37,616 nt of DNA from Actinomycetota bacterium. GTDB taxonomy: Bacteria > Actinomycetota > Actinomycetes > Mycobacteriales > SCTD01. Positions 7,832-15,970 of this stretch are shown piece after piece. The notes under the pieces were generated by a model, which worked only from the letters and a program-made list of their open reading frames with translations, was not told the origin of the DNA and made no database searches. Position 1 is the first letter of the stretch, and every line of letters starts with the position of its first letter. Location of the stretch: positions 1 through 37,616 of the forward strand of contig JAWWOH010000077.1 in the NCBI GenBank assembly GCA_033851845.1. The letters are read 5' to 3'. The position numbers and the translations under genes are program-made.

Positions 7832-9165
7832 GCGTCGTTCCCGAGACGCTACGCGAAGGCACCCGATGGCCTGAACCTCGCCTACCAGGTCATCGGAGGA
7901 GGTCCCGTCGACCTCGTCTTCATCTCGGAATGGACGACGCACATCGAGGCGCAGTGGGACTACCCGCCGCTGGCACGCTTCCTGGACCGGCTCGCCAGCT
8001 TCAGCCGGCTGATCATGTTCGACAAGCGCGGCATGGGCCTTTCCGACCCCTTACCCCTTGACCACGTCCCGACGCTGGAACGCGGCGTCGAGGACATCTC
8101 CGTTGTGCTGGACGAGATCGAGTCCTCCCAGGCCTCCCTGTTCGCGACCGCCGAGCGGGTCCGATGAGCATGGTCTTCGCCGCGACACACCCGAGCAGGG
8201 TGCGCGCCCTCGTACTCGCCGATACCTTCGCACGGCTCGCTGCCGCACCGGACTACCCGCAAGGCGTCTCCGTCGAGCAGCAGCGCGCCTACCTGGCCAC
8301 CGTCGAGCGCGACTGGGGAACAGGGGGCGTAGTGGAGCACTTCGCGCCCAGCCGCCAGGACGACACCGCCTTTCGGACCTGGCTCGGACGCTACCGACGG
8401 ATGTCGGCCAGCCCCGGCATGGGCCGTCGGATGCAGGAGCGCTTCTACGACACTGACGTCCGCGAGGTCCTCCCCATCATTGCGGTCCCAACCCTGGTGC
8501 TGCACCACGTCGGGAACGCGTTCGTCCCAGCCAGCGCCGGGCGCTACGTGGCAGAAGCTATCCCCGGCTCCCAGTTCGTCGAGCTCGACGGAGACGAGCA
8601 CCTGTTCTACGCGGGACCGACCGACCAGATGCTTGACGAAGTGGAGCAGTTCCTCATCGGAAGCCGGCAGCCGCACCGCACCAACCGAGTCCTCGCCACG
8701 GTGCTGTTCACCGACATCGTCGACTCAACGGGAACAGCAGGACGCGTTGGCGACGGTGCCTGGCGCGACCTCCTCGACAGCCACGACACCCACGCCCGTC
8801 GTCAGCTCGCGCGCTTCCGAGGCCGAGAGATCAGCAGCACAGGTGATGGTTTCCTCGCGACCTTCGACGCCCCGGCTCCCGCAATCCAAGCCGCCGCTGC
8901 CATTCGCGAAGGAGCCCGTCGACTCGGCCTCGACACCCGCGCCGGGGTACACGCCGGAGAGGTCGAACTACGCGCCACCGGCATCGGCGGCGTTGCCGTG
9001 CACCTCGCCCACCGCATCCTCAGCGCAGCATCCCCCGGCGAAGTCCTCGTGTCCTCAACCATCCGGGATCTCGTGACCGGGTCCTCGCTGCGCTTCCTCA
9101 ACCGCGGCCACCAGACTCTCAAGGGCTTTGACGAGCCGTGGCACCTGTACGCCGTAGACCTGTAA
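7828..9165 (+). pseudogene. LipJ-like alpha/beta-hydrolase-fold/class III adenylyl (nucleotidyl) cyclase fusion, disrupted by two compensating frameshifts
   Basis: ATG 7828 (frame 1) gives MSVVPET.... The alpha/beta-hydrolase segment RYAKAPDGLNLAYQVIGGGPVDLVFISEW...FDKRGMGLSDP is in frame 2 (about 7844-8167, stop 8165-8167). Frame 1 resumes at 8164 with MSMVFAATHPSRVRALVLAD... and the cyclase domain (VLFTDIVDSTG...GDGFLATFD...HAGEVE...GGVAVHLAHRI). This is the architecture of mycobacterial Rv1900c/LipJ. Frame 2 has no start codon, and frame 1 hits a stop at 8059-8061. Confidence 0.55.
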
Positions 9166-9217
9166 GAGCCCGCTCCGTTCGCTCTACCCTGCGCCACCCG
9201 GGTTCCTTCCCAAGTCA

Positions 9218-9249
9218 CAGCTGCTCGCCGCGCCGCCGGCGAGTAGCTG
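9218..9249. terminator. hairpin (13-bp stem with 1 mismatch, 6-nt loop) downstream of the cyclase pseudogene
   Basis: cagctgctcgccg at 9218-9230 pairs with cggcgagtagctg at 9237-9249, read from the sequence. Confidence 0.25.
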
Positions 9250-9543
9250 CGGTCGATGGATCACTTACAGGGCAACCTGTTGGTGCCGGCCGCTAGCGGA
9301 GTCAGGCAGGGCGGGAGAACGCCGCCATCCAACATCCCTGCCGTTAGCTCCGTGCCGTGCCCACCGGCGAACCGTTGTTTGCACGGCCCGCACATGGCTT
9401 CTGAAGCAACCTGGATTGGCGGCCACGTTGGCATCCAAAATGACGGACCGCTGCGGTCTTTCGTGACCTCCTGTGGACCATGTTGTGTTCAGGCGCACGC
9501 TCAGTGAACACCGACGGTCACCGGCGGACGTCTGCCCAGCCAA

Positions 9544-9588
9544 CTTATAGAGCGGATGTAGTCGGTTCGATCCCGACACCCGGTTCTG
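9544..9588 (+). repeat. partial direct copy of the tRNA-Thr 3' half (anticodon loop to discriminator); putative attR-type islet junction
   Basis: cttatagagcggatgtagtcggttcgatcccgacacccggttctg versus tRNA 3296-3340 cttgtaaagcggatgtcgtcggttcgatcccgacacccggctctg: 41/45 identical, same orientation. The copy has no 5' half of the tRNA. Confidence 0.7.
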
Positions 9589-9633
9589 TCTTGTGGTTGG
9601 GTCGCTGACCCGCGCCTCGACGGCGGACATCGG

Positions 9634-10932
9634 TCAGGCTTTGTCGCCGCGAAGATCCAGCACGTGTTGGGCTTTGCCTTCGGAGCGCGGGAGCGTGCCG
9701 GGTGCGCCGACCTCGCACGTCACGGTGACGCCGACGTTGTCCTTGATCAGCGCAACGAGCTGGTTGCTCAGTAACGCAAGCCCTTCTGCGCTGACGTCTG
9801 CTCGTGCCTCTGCTCGCACTGTCATCTCATCGAGCCGGCCGGGCCTGGTCAGCACGACTTGGTAGTGCGGGGCCAGTCCTTCGACGCGCAGCAGCTGCTC
9901 CTCGATCTGCGTCGGGAACACGTTGACACCGCGAAGGATCAGCATGTCGTCGGAGCGGCCGCTGATGCGCTCGATCCGCCGCATGGTCCGTGCGGTGCCC
10001 GGAAGCAGGCGGGTCAGATCCCGGGTGCGATAGCGGACGAGAGGCATCGCCTCCTTGGACAGGGTGGTGAAGACGAGCTCGCCGTACTCGCCCTCCGGCA
10101 GCACCTCACCGGTCGCCGGATCGATGATCTCGGGGTAGAAATGGTCCTCCCAGACGTGCAGGCCGTCCTTGGTCTCGACGCACTCGTTCGCGACCCCTGG
10201 GCCCATCACCTCGGACAGTCCGTAGATGTCGACGGCGTCGAGGCCGGCCCGGTCCTGCACCTCCGAGCGCATGTCCTCGGTCCACGGTTCGGCGCCGAAG
10301 ATGCCGATCCGCAGAGAAGACTTTCGCGGGTCGAGCCCCTGTCGCTCGAACTCGTCGAGCAACGCGAGCATGTACGACGGCGTGACCATGATGATGTCGG
10401 GCCGCAGGTCGGTGATGAGCCGGACCTGCCGCTCCGTCTGCCCGCCCGAGACCGGAAGCACGGTGCAGCCGAGCCGTTCGGCGCCGTAGTGCGCTCCGAG
10501 GCCGCCGGTGAAAAGGCCGTAGCCGTAGGCGATGTGCACCGTCATGCCCGGTCGGCCGCCGGCGGCGTAGATGCTGCGGGCAACGACGTCCGACCACGTG
10601 TCGAGGTCGCGAGCCGTGTATCCCACGACGGTCGGTTGTCCAGTGGTGCCGCTGCTGGCGTGGACCCGGCGGATGTCCGTCTGAGGCACCGCGAACAGGC
10701 CATAGGGGTAGTTGTCGCGCAGGTCTGCCTTGGTGGTGAACGGGAACTGGCTCAGCTCCGACAGGCTGGTCAGGTCGTCCGGCTTGATGCCCGCCTTGTC
10801 GAAGGCCTGGCGGTAGTGCGGAACGTTGTCGTATGCGTGCGCGAGCGACCAGCGCATCCGCTGCAGCTGAAGCGACTGCAGCTCGTCCGGCGCAGCGACC
10901 TCGACCGGGTCGTAGACATCGCTTGATGGCAC
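9634..10932 (-). CDS. phenylacetate-CoA ligase (PaaK) family adenylate-forming enzyme
   Basis: 432 aa with a GTG start. P-loop SSGTTGQPTVVGYT; overall PaaK/F390-synthetase-family collinearity (YGLSE, RYRTRD). Confidence 0.8.
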   Translation of the reverse strand: MPSSDVYDPVEVAAPDELQSLQLQRMRWSLAHAYDNVPHYRQAFDKAGIKPDDLTSLSELSQFPFTTKADLRDNYPYGLFAVPQTDIRRVHASSGTTGQPTVVGYTARDLDTWSDVVARSIYAAGGRPGMTVHIAYGYGLFTGGLGAHYGAERLGCTVLPVSGGQTERQVRLITDLRPDIIMVTPSYMLALLDEFERQGLDPRKSSLRIGIFGAEPWTEDMRSEVQDRAGLDAVDIYGLSEVMGPGVANECVETKDGLHVWEDHFYPEIIDPATGEVLPEGEYGELVFTTLSKEAMPLVRYRTRDLTRLLPGTARTMRRIERISGRSDDMLILRGVNVFPTQIEEQLLRVEGLAPHYQVVLTRPGRLDEMTVRAEARADVSAEGLALLSNQLVALIKDNVGVTVTCEVGAPGTLPRSEGKAQHVLDLRGDKA

Positions 10933-10963
10933 TGCCAGCTCTCCTCTGCTTTCGTGGTCGCGG

Positions 10964-11647
10964 CTAGACGCCTGAGGCCCGCCGGGGGAGCGCGAACTCC
11001 TCGACGAGGATCCGATGCGTGCTGGTCAGGTGCTCACGCATTCCGCGAGCCGCCTCCTGCTCGTTGCCGGCTGCGATCGCCCCTGCGATCTGCTCATGGG
11101 CGGCGATCTCGTCGGCGGAGCTGATGTGGCTCTCCAGACTCGGCAGTAGGAAGTGCAGCCGCGTCACCTCGTCCACGAGGTTGGCGATGACCTTCGTGGC
11201 GCGAGCATTGCCGGACATCTCCGCGATGCGCACGTGGAAGTCCGCAGCGCCTTGCAGTGCCGCGGCCAAGTCGTTCTTCGCGCGACGCTGCCGTCGTACG
11301 GTCTCGTTCATCCGTGCGTCACTGGCGGCTACCCGGGCGGCTGCCTCGGCGGCGAACCCCGGCTCGAGCATCTCTCGTAGCTGGAACACGTCGCGTAGGT
11401 CGTCAAGGCCGAGCGGCCGGACGAGGTAGCCGCGACGCGGGAGCACGAGCACCCACCCGTCTTGCACCAGTAGCCGCAGAGCCTCCCGTACCGGCGTCTT
11501 GGATACGCCGAACCGGGCCGCGAGCTCGGGCTCGAGGATCGTCGCACCCGGGAGCAGGCGGGCGGTCAGGATCTCTTCGCGCAGCCGGGCATGGACGCGC
11601 TCAGTGAGCGGCAGCCCGGGCGGACCTGTGTTGACCGCGCTACCCAC
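10964..11647 (-). CDS. GntR-family transcriptional regulator (FadR/FCD subfamily)
   Basis: 227 aa. N-terminal winged helix-turn-helix (EPELAARFGVSKTPVREALRLLVQDGWVLVLPRRGYLV) plus a C-terminal all-helical FCD domain. It is divergent from the downstream catabolic operon. Confidence 0.85.
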   Translation of the reverse strand: MGSAVNTGPPGLPLTERVHARLREEILTARLLPGATILEPELAARFGVSKTPVREALRLLVQDGWVLVLPRRGYLVRPLGLDDLRDVFQLREMLEPGFAAEAAARVAASDARMNETVRRQRRAKNDLAAALQGAADFHVRIAEMSGNARATKVIANLVDEVTRLHFLLPSLESHISSADEIAAHEQIAGAIAAGNEQEAARGMREHLTSTHRILVEEFALPRRASGV

Positions 11648-11650
11648 TGG

Positions 11651-11671
11651 TGATATCTCTCAGATATCTCA
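11651..11671. promoter_or_regulatory. AT-rich intergenic stretch with duplicated GATATCTC (two GATATC palindromes 5 bp apart); candidate GntR operator or divergent promoter
   Basis: tGATATCTCtcaGATATCTCa at 11651-11671 sits in a 39-bp gap between the GntR gene and the first operon gene. Local GC is far below the window average. Confidence 0.3.
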
Positions 11672-11686
11672 CGAACGAGAGAGTAG

Positions 11687-12493
11687 ATGGTCCTCGAACT
11701 CAGCGCCAGCATCCCTGCGCTTTACGGCAGTCGTCCGTTCGCGGCGGCCTGCGCAGCGGCCGCCGCCGACGGATTCGCTTGCGTCGAGCTCTGGGCGCCG
11801 CCAGAACGTCCGGACTGGCCCGCGGCGCTGACGGCACTGGACGCACGCGGCCTGTCGCTGACCTCGGTTAATGCTCCGGCAGGCGCACCCCCTGCCTTCG
11901 GCACCGCCGCCGCGCCGACGCTCGCTGAGAGCTGGCGAGCGGAGGTCATGGACGCGCTCGAGTTCGCGCGGCTGGCCGGCGCCACCGCGATCAACGTCCT
12001 CGCTGGCGCTCGGATGCCGGGACACACGCGGGCCGACCAGCTGGCGTGCCTGCGGGAGAACCTCAAGTGGCTGTTGGACCTCCTGGACGACAGCGATCCG
12101 GTGCTGCTCCTCGAGCCGCTCAACACTGTTGACCGGTGCTCCCCGTTACTGGGTCGAATCGATGACGCGATCGCGGTGCTCGACCAGCTCGGATCGGATC
12201 GGCTGCGGCTGCTCTTCGACGCCTATCACGTGCACCAGGAGGAGCCGGACCTGCTGCCGGCCTTCGACCGCGCGTTGCCCTACATCGGTCATGTGCAGGT
12301 CGCTGACTTCCCCGGGCGGGCACAGCCCGGCACCGGCACGCTGGCGTGGCCTTCCCTGATTGCCGAGATCGTGAAGTCGGGCTACCAGGGCCGCATCGGC
12401 TGTGAGTTCGTGCCCACCTGCCCGGACGCAGTCGCCCTGGCTCGCGCGTATCTGACTGCGTTGCAGGTCATCGAAGCAGGGGGTGCGACATGA
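11687..12493 (+). CDS. xylose-isomerase-like TIM-barrel protein (hydroxypyruvate isomerase / sugar-phosphate isomerase-epimerase family)
   Basis: 268 aa. The pattern is typical of the Hyi/AP-endonuclease-2 TIM barrel (ACVELW, LLEPLN, FDAYHV, GHVQVAD, GCEF). Its stop overlaps the next start (ATGA at 12490-12493). Confidence 0.75.
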   Translation: MVLELSASIPALYGSRPFAAACAAAAADGFACVELWAPPERPDWPAALTALDARGLSLTSVNAPAGAPPAFGTAAAPTLAESWRAEVMDALEFARLAGATAINVLAGARMPGHTRADQLACLRENLKWLLDLLDDSDPVLLLEPLNTVDRCSPLLGRIDDAIAVLDQLGSDRLRLLFDAYHVHQEEPDLLPAFDRALPYIGHVQVADFPGRAQPGTGTLAWPSLIAEIVKSGYQGRIGCEFVPTCPDAVALARAYLTALQVIEAGGAT

Positions 12494-14208
12494 CCGCCGA
12501 GCTGCCGAGCAGCGCGGCGCTCGACGGTGATGCCGGTTTCGCGGCCCGGACCTTCCTGCGCTCCGGCGGCCTCACGGCGGAGCAGGTTCGTCGCCGGCCG
12601 ATCATCGGCATCTGCTCGAGCTGGAGCGAGCTGACACCGTGCAACCTGCCGTTGAAGGCGATTGCCGAGCACGTTCGGTACGGCGTCGAACAGGCCGGTG
12701 GCACCGCCCTGGTGTTCCCGACCATCTCGCTGTCTGAAGCGTTGGTACGGCCTACGACGATGTTCTTGCGGAACCTGATGTCCATCGACGTCGAGGAGAT
12801 GATCACCGCCAGCCCGATCGACGGCGTCGTCCTGCTGAACGGCTGTGACAAGACCGTCGCGGCGCAGCTGATGGGCGCGATCAGCGCCGACAAGCCGGCG
12901 GTCTCGCTCGGTGCGGGCATCCGTCCGCGCGGAGAGTGGTGCGGGCGGGCACTCACGATCGACGACTCCTGGCGGCTCATGGAGGAGCGTCGTGCAGGCC
13001 TGCTTGACGACGAGGCGTGGGCAGACGTCGAGGGTCGGGTGAGTCCGGGACCGGGTGTGTGCAACGTGCTCGGCACCGCGGTCACCCTCGCGATGATCGC
13101 CGAAGTGCTCGCCTTCGCGATGCCCGGATCGAGCCTGCAGGATGCCGGTTCCGACGAGCAGGCCGAGCTCGCGCGCCAGACCGGGGCCGCCGTCGTACGT
13201 GCGGTCAGTGAGGGCGTCCGGCCGAGCAGCCTGGTGACGCGGGACGCGCTCCTCGACGCATGGCGCGTCGTCTGCGCACTCGGTGGGTCGACCAACGCAG
13301 CCATCCATCTGCTTGCGCTGGCCGGGCGGGCCGGTGTGGTCCTGACGCTCGACGACCTCGCCGCCGCCGGCCGCGCGACACCGACCCTCGGCCGGATCAA
13401 GCCCAACGGCCCCTTTGACCTCGACGACCTTCGCGCTGAGGGCGGCGTCGCGGCAACGTTGGCCGCGCTCTCGCCCCAGGTGGCTCTGGGCCGGGCCACG
13501 GCGGACGGACGGGCCTGGCGCGAGGTCGTGGCTGCGCTGCCAACCTGCCCGTCTCGAGCGCTCGCGTCGTCAGCGGCTCCGCAAGCGCCGTCGGCCGCGA
13601 TCGCCGTGCTGCACGGAAGCCTGGCCCCGGCTGGTGCCGTCATCAAGCGCAGCGCCGCCTCGCCGGGACTGCTGCGTCACACCGGGCCGGCCGTCGTGTT
13701 CGACGGCGTCGATGACATGCATGACCGCATCGATGATGACAACCTCGGTCTGGACGAGTCCTGCGTGCTGGTGTTGCGCAACTGCGGCCCGGTCGGTGGC
13801 CCGGGCATGCCGGAGGCCGGCGCCATCCCGATCCCGGTCCGGTTGTGGGCTCAGGGTGTGCGCGACATGGTGCGGATCTCGGACGCCCGGATGAGCGGAA
13901 CGGCTGCCGGCACGATCGTCCTGCACATCGCCCCGGAAGCAGCAGTCGGCGGGCCGTTGTCGCTCGTGCATGACGGCGACCTGATCTCGCTCGACGTCGA
14001 TGCCGGGCGACTCGACCTGCTCGTCACCGACGAGGAGCTGCAGCGTCGTACCGAGCGACGAGCCAGGGGCGTTGGCGACGTTCCCGAGGAACGCGGCTAC
14101 AGGTGGCTGTACCAGCGACATGTGATGCAGGCACCCGAGGGCTGCGACTTCGACTTCCTCCGCAGCACCGGACGTCAAGAGGCCCACAGCAGGGGAGGCG
14201 CGGCATGA
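12490..14208 (+). CDS. IlvD/EDD-family dehydratase (dihydroxy-acid / sugar-acid dehydratase)
   Basis: 572 aa. N-terminal IIGICSSWSELTPCN and CDKTVAAQLMG (the [Fe-S] Cys region), and the conserved C-terminal domain of the IlvD/EDD family. Confidence 0.85.
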   Translation: MTAELPSSAALDGDAGFAARTFLRSGGLTAEQVRRRPIIGICSSWSELTPCNLPLKAIAEHVRYGVEQAGGTALVFPTISLSEALVRPTTMFLRNLMSIDVEEMITASPIDGVVLLNGCDKTVAAQLMGAISADKPAVSLGAGIRPRGEWCGRALTIDDSWRLMEERRAGLLDDEAWADVEGRVSPGPGVCNVLGTAVTLAMIAEVLAFAMPGSSLQDAGSDEQAELARQTGAAVVRAVSEGVRPSSLVTRDALLDAWRVVCALGGSTNAAIHLLALAGRAGVVLTLDDLAAAGRATPTLGRIKPNGPFDLDDLRAEGGVAATLAALSPQVALGRATADGRAWREVVAALPTCPSRALASSAAPQAPSAAIAVLHGSLAPAGAVIKRSAASPGLLRHTGPAVVFDGVDDMHDRIDDDNLGLDESCVLVLRNCGPVGGPGMPEAGAIPIPVRLWAQGVRDMVRISDARMSGTAAGTIVLHIAPEAAVGGPLSLVHDGDLISLDVDAGRLDLLVTDEELQRRTERRARGVGDVPEERGYRWLYQRHVMQAPEGCDFDFLRSTGRQEAHSRGGAA

Positions 14209-15098
14209 GACTCGTCAGCTTCGGGTTACCCGGCGCGGAGCAGCCGGGGGTCCTCCTCGAGGACGAGGTCGTGCCGCTGGTCGGCTGGCTCGCCGACCTC
14301 GGACTGGACGGCGTGGGGATGAACGGCGTTCTCGGTCTGCTGCCGACGATGCGCTCAGAGGCCGAGAAGTACGTCGCTGCCGCGCGCACTCGGGTGCGCC
14401 TGGAAACCGTTCGGCTCGGACCGCCGGTCCCCAAGCCGCCGTCGCTGATCGTCATCGGTGGCAACTTCCACAGTCATGTCCAGGAGATGGCGGGCATGAA
14501 CGGCGGCAAGCCACCGCTGCAGCCGATCATCGTGCCCAAGCCGACGACCAACGTTGTCGGACCGCGCGACGACATCGTCAAGCCCGCGGTCACCGAAGAG
14601 CTCGACTACGAAGCCGAGATGGCTGTCGTCATCGGCAAAGCCGGGCACGGCATCCGACGAGAGACCGCCATGGAACACGTCGCCGGCTACATGAACATCC
14701 AGGACATGACGGCCCGCGATCTCATCCTGCCGGCCGGCGAGCCGTGGATGCACCTGCAGATGGGCCGCGCGAAAGGCTTCGACGGCTCCAGTCCCTGCGG
14801 GCCTTGGTTGCTGACCTCCGACGAGGTAGAGGACCCGCACGATCTCGAGATCCGGATGTGGGTGAACGACGAGCTGCGCCAGCACGGTTCGACGTCGGAC
14901 ATGGTCGTCGACATTCCCGGTCTGGTCGAGAGCGTGAGCGCAGTCTTCCGGATCCGTCCCGGCGATGTCCTGATCACCGGAACCCCAGCGGGCGTAGGCG
15001 CGAAGATGGAACCACCGCGGTTCCTGCAGCCTGGCGACCGCATCCGGATGGCGATCACGGGCCTCGGCGAGACCGCCAACACGATCATGGCCTCCTGA
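14205..15098 (+). CDS. fumarylacetoacetate hydrolase (FAH) family protein (2-keto-3-deoxy-acid hydratase/dehydratase-like)
   Basis: C-terminal FAH-fold motifs (DYEAEMAVVIGK, NIQDMTARD, GDVLITGTPAGVG). I chose start ATG 14205, which overlaps the IlvD-family stop (ATGA). An in-frame ORF extends upstream to 14103. Confidence 0.75.
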   Translation: MRLVSFGLPGAEQPGVLLEDEVVPLVGWLADLGLDGVGMNGVLGLLPTMRSEAEKYVAAARTRVRLETVRLGPPVPKPPSLIVIGGNFHSHVQEMAGMNGGKPPLQPIIVPKPTTNVVGPRDDIVKPAVTEELDYEAEMAVVIGKAGHGIRRETAMEHVAGYMNIQDMTARDLILPAGEPWMHLQMGRAKGFDGSSPCGPWLLTSDEVEDPHDLEIRMWVNDELRQHGSTSDMVVDIPGLVESVSAVFRIRPGDVLITGTPAGVGAKMEPPRFLQPGDRIRMAITGLGETANTIMAS

Positions 15099-15970
15099 TG
15101 GACGCAGCACGCATCGGGTTCATCGGACTCGGAGCCATGGGCGCGCGCATGGCCGCCCGGCTGCTCGACGTCGGGTTCGATCTGACCGTCCACAACCGCA
15201 CGAGAGCGCGCGAGACCGATCTCATCGGGCGGGGCGCGACGTCGGCGTCCTCGCCTGCGGAGCTCGCGACCAGGACGGACGTCGTTGTTGGTTGCCTGCT
15301 CGACGACGGCGCCATCGAGCAGGTCTACCGCGGTGACGACGGACTGGTCAGCGCAGCCCGCCGCGGCCAGGTCTTCATCGAGCACGCCACCTTCTCGCCG
15401 GCACTTGCCGGCGACATCGAGCGGGAGCTGGCCAAGCGCGACGCGGTGTTCCTCGACGCACCGGTCAGTGGTGGGCCGGAGGGCGCGGCGGCCGGCACGC
15501 TGGCAGTGATGGTCGGCGGCAACCAGCAGAGCCTTGCCGCGGTCGTGGAGGTCGTGCAGGCATATGCGTCGCGCGTCGTGCACATCGGACCGACCGGCGC
15601 GGGTCTCGAGCTCAAGCTCGTCAACCAGCTCCTCGTCAGCTGCCACGCCGCTGCCGCCGCAGAGGCGGCCGAGCTCATGCGCCGGATGGGCATGCCACTG
15701 GGCGTCGCCAGCGCAGTGCTCAACGCGAGCTGGGCGAACAGCGCGATGCTCAGCCGGATGTTCGACCGACGTCTGGCCGAAGAGAACACGCCATCAGAAG
15801 CGACTGTCGAGGGGCTCGCGACGCCGCAACGCCTGGTGCGCGAACTGCTCGCGGAGCACGACCTCGCGCCAGCTGTCTCGAACGCCGCCCTGGACGCGTT
15901 CGCGACCGCTCGCGCACGGGGGCGCGGCCGCCAGGATCTGACCGAGCTGCTGGAGGCGGCACAATGCTGA
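15098..15970 (+). CDS. NAD(P)-dependent 3-hydroxyisobutyrate dehydrogenase / 2-hydroxy-3-oxopropionate (tartronate semialdehyde) reductase family oxidoreductase
   Basis: 290 aa. N-terminal Rossmann IGFIGLGAMGARMAARL and the 6PGDH-type NAD-binding fold (GTLAVMVGG, LELKLVNQLL). Its start overlaps the FAH stop (TGATG). Confidence 0.8.
   Translation: MDAARIGFIGLGAMGARMAARLLDVGFDLTVHNRTRARETDLIGRGATSASSPAELATRTDVVVGCLLDDGAIEQVYRGDDGLVSAARRGQVFIEHATFSPALAGDIERELAKRDAVFLDAPVSGGPEGAAAGTLAVMVGGNQQSLAAVVEVVQAYASRVVHIGPTGAGLELKLVNQLLVSCHAAAAAEAAELMRRMGMPLGVASAVLNASWANSAMLSRMFDRRLAEENTPSEATVEGLATPQRLVRELLAEHDLAPAVSNAALDAFATARARGRGRQDLTELLEAAQC

Larger units (their letters stand above)
3338..9588 (+). 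mobile_element. putative degraded genomic islet inserted at the 3' end of tRNA-Thr, bounded by the tRNA and a 45-bp partial direct repeat of its 3' end; no integrase present
   Basis: Direct repeat 3296-3340 versus 9544-9588, 41/45 identical. An IS481-family transposase remnant lies next to the tRNA. Cargo genes include two pseudogenes. Local GC dips occur at both junctions. Confidence 0.5.

Noticed and set aside
7804-8061. 85-aa ORF (MARGGDASMSVVPE...) downstream of the amidase
   Set aside because: Only its first ~7 codons after ATG 7828 are plausibly real, as the N-terminus of the LipJ-like gene. The remainder is an out-of-frame reading of the alpha/beta-hydrolase segment.
9256-9507. 83-aa ORF in the islet's distal junction, considered as an integrase or excisionase remnant
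   Set aside because: No recognisable recombinase motif such as the R..H..R..Y signature, and it lies in atypical low-GC sequence. It is retained only as a pointer inside the islet finding.
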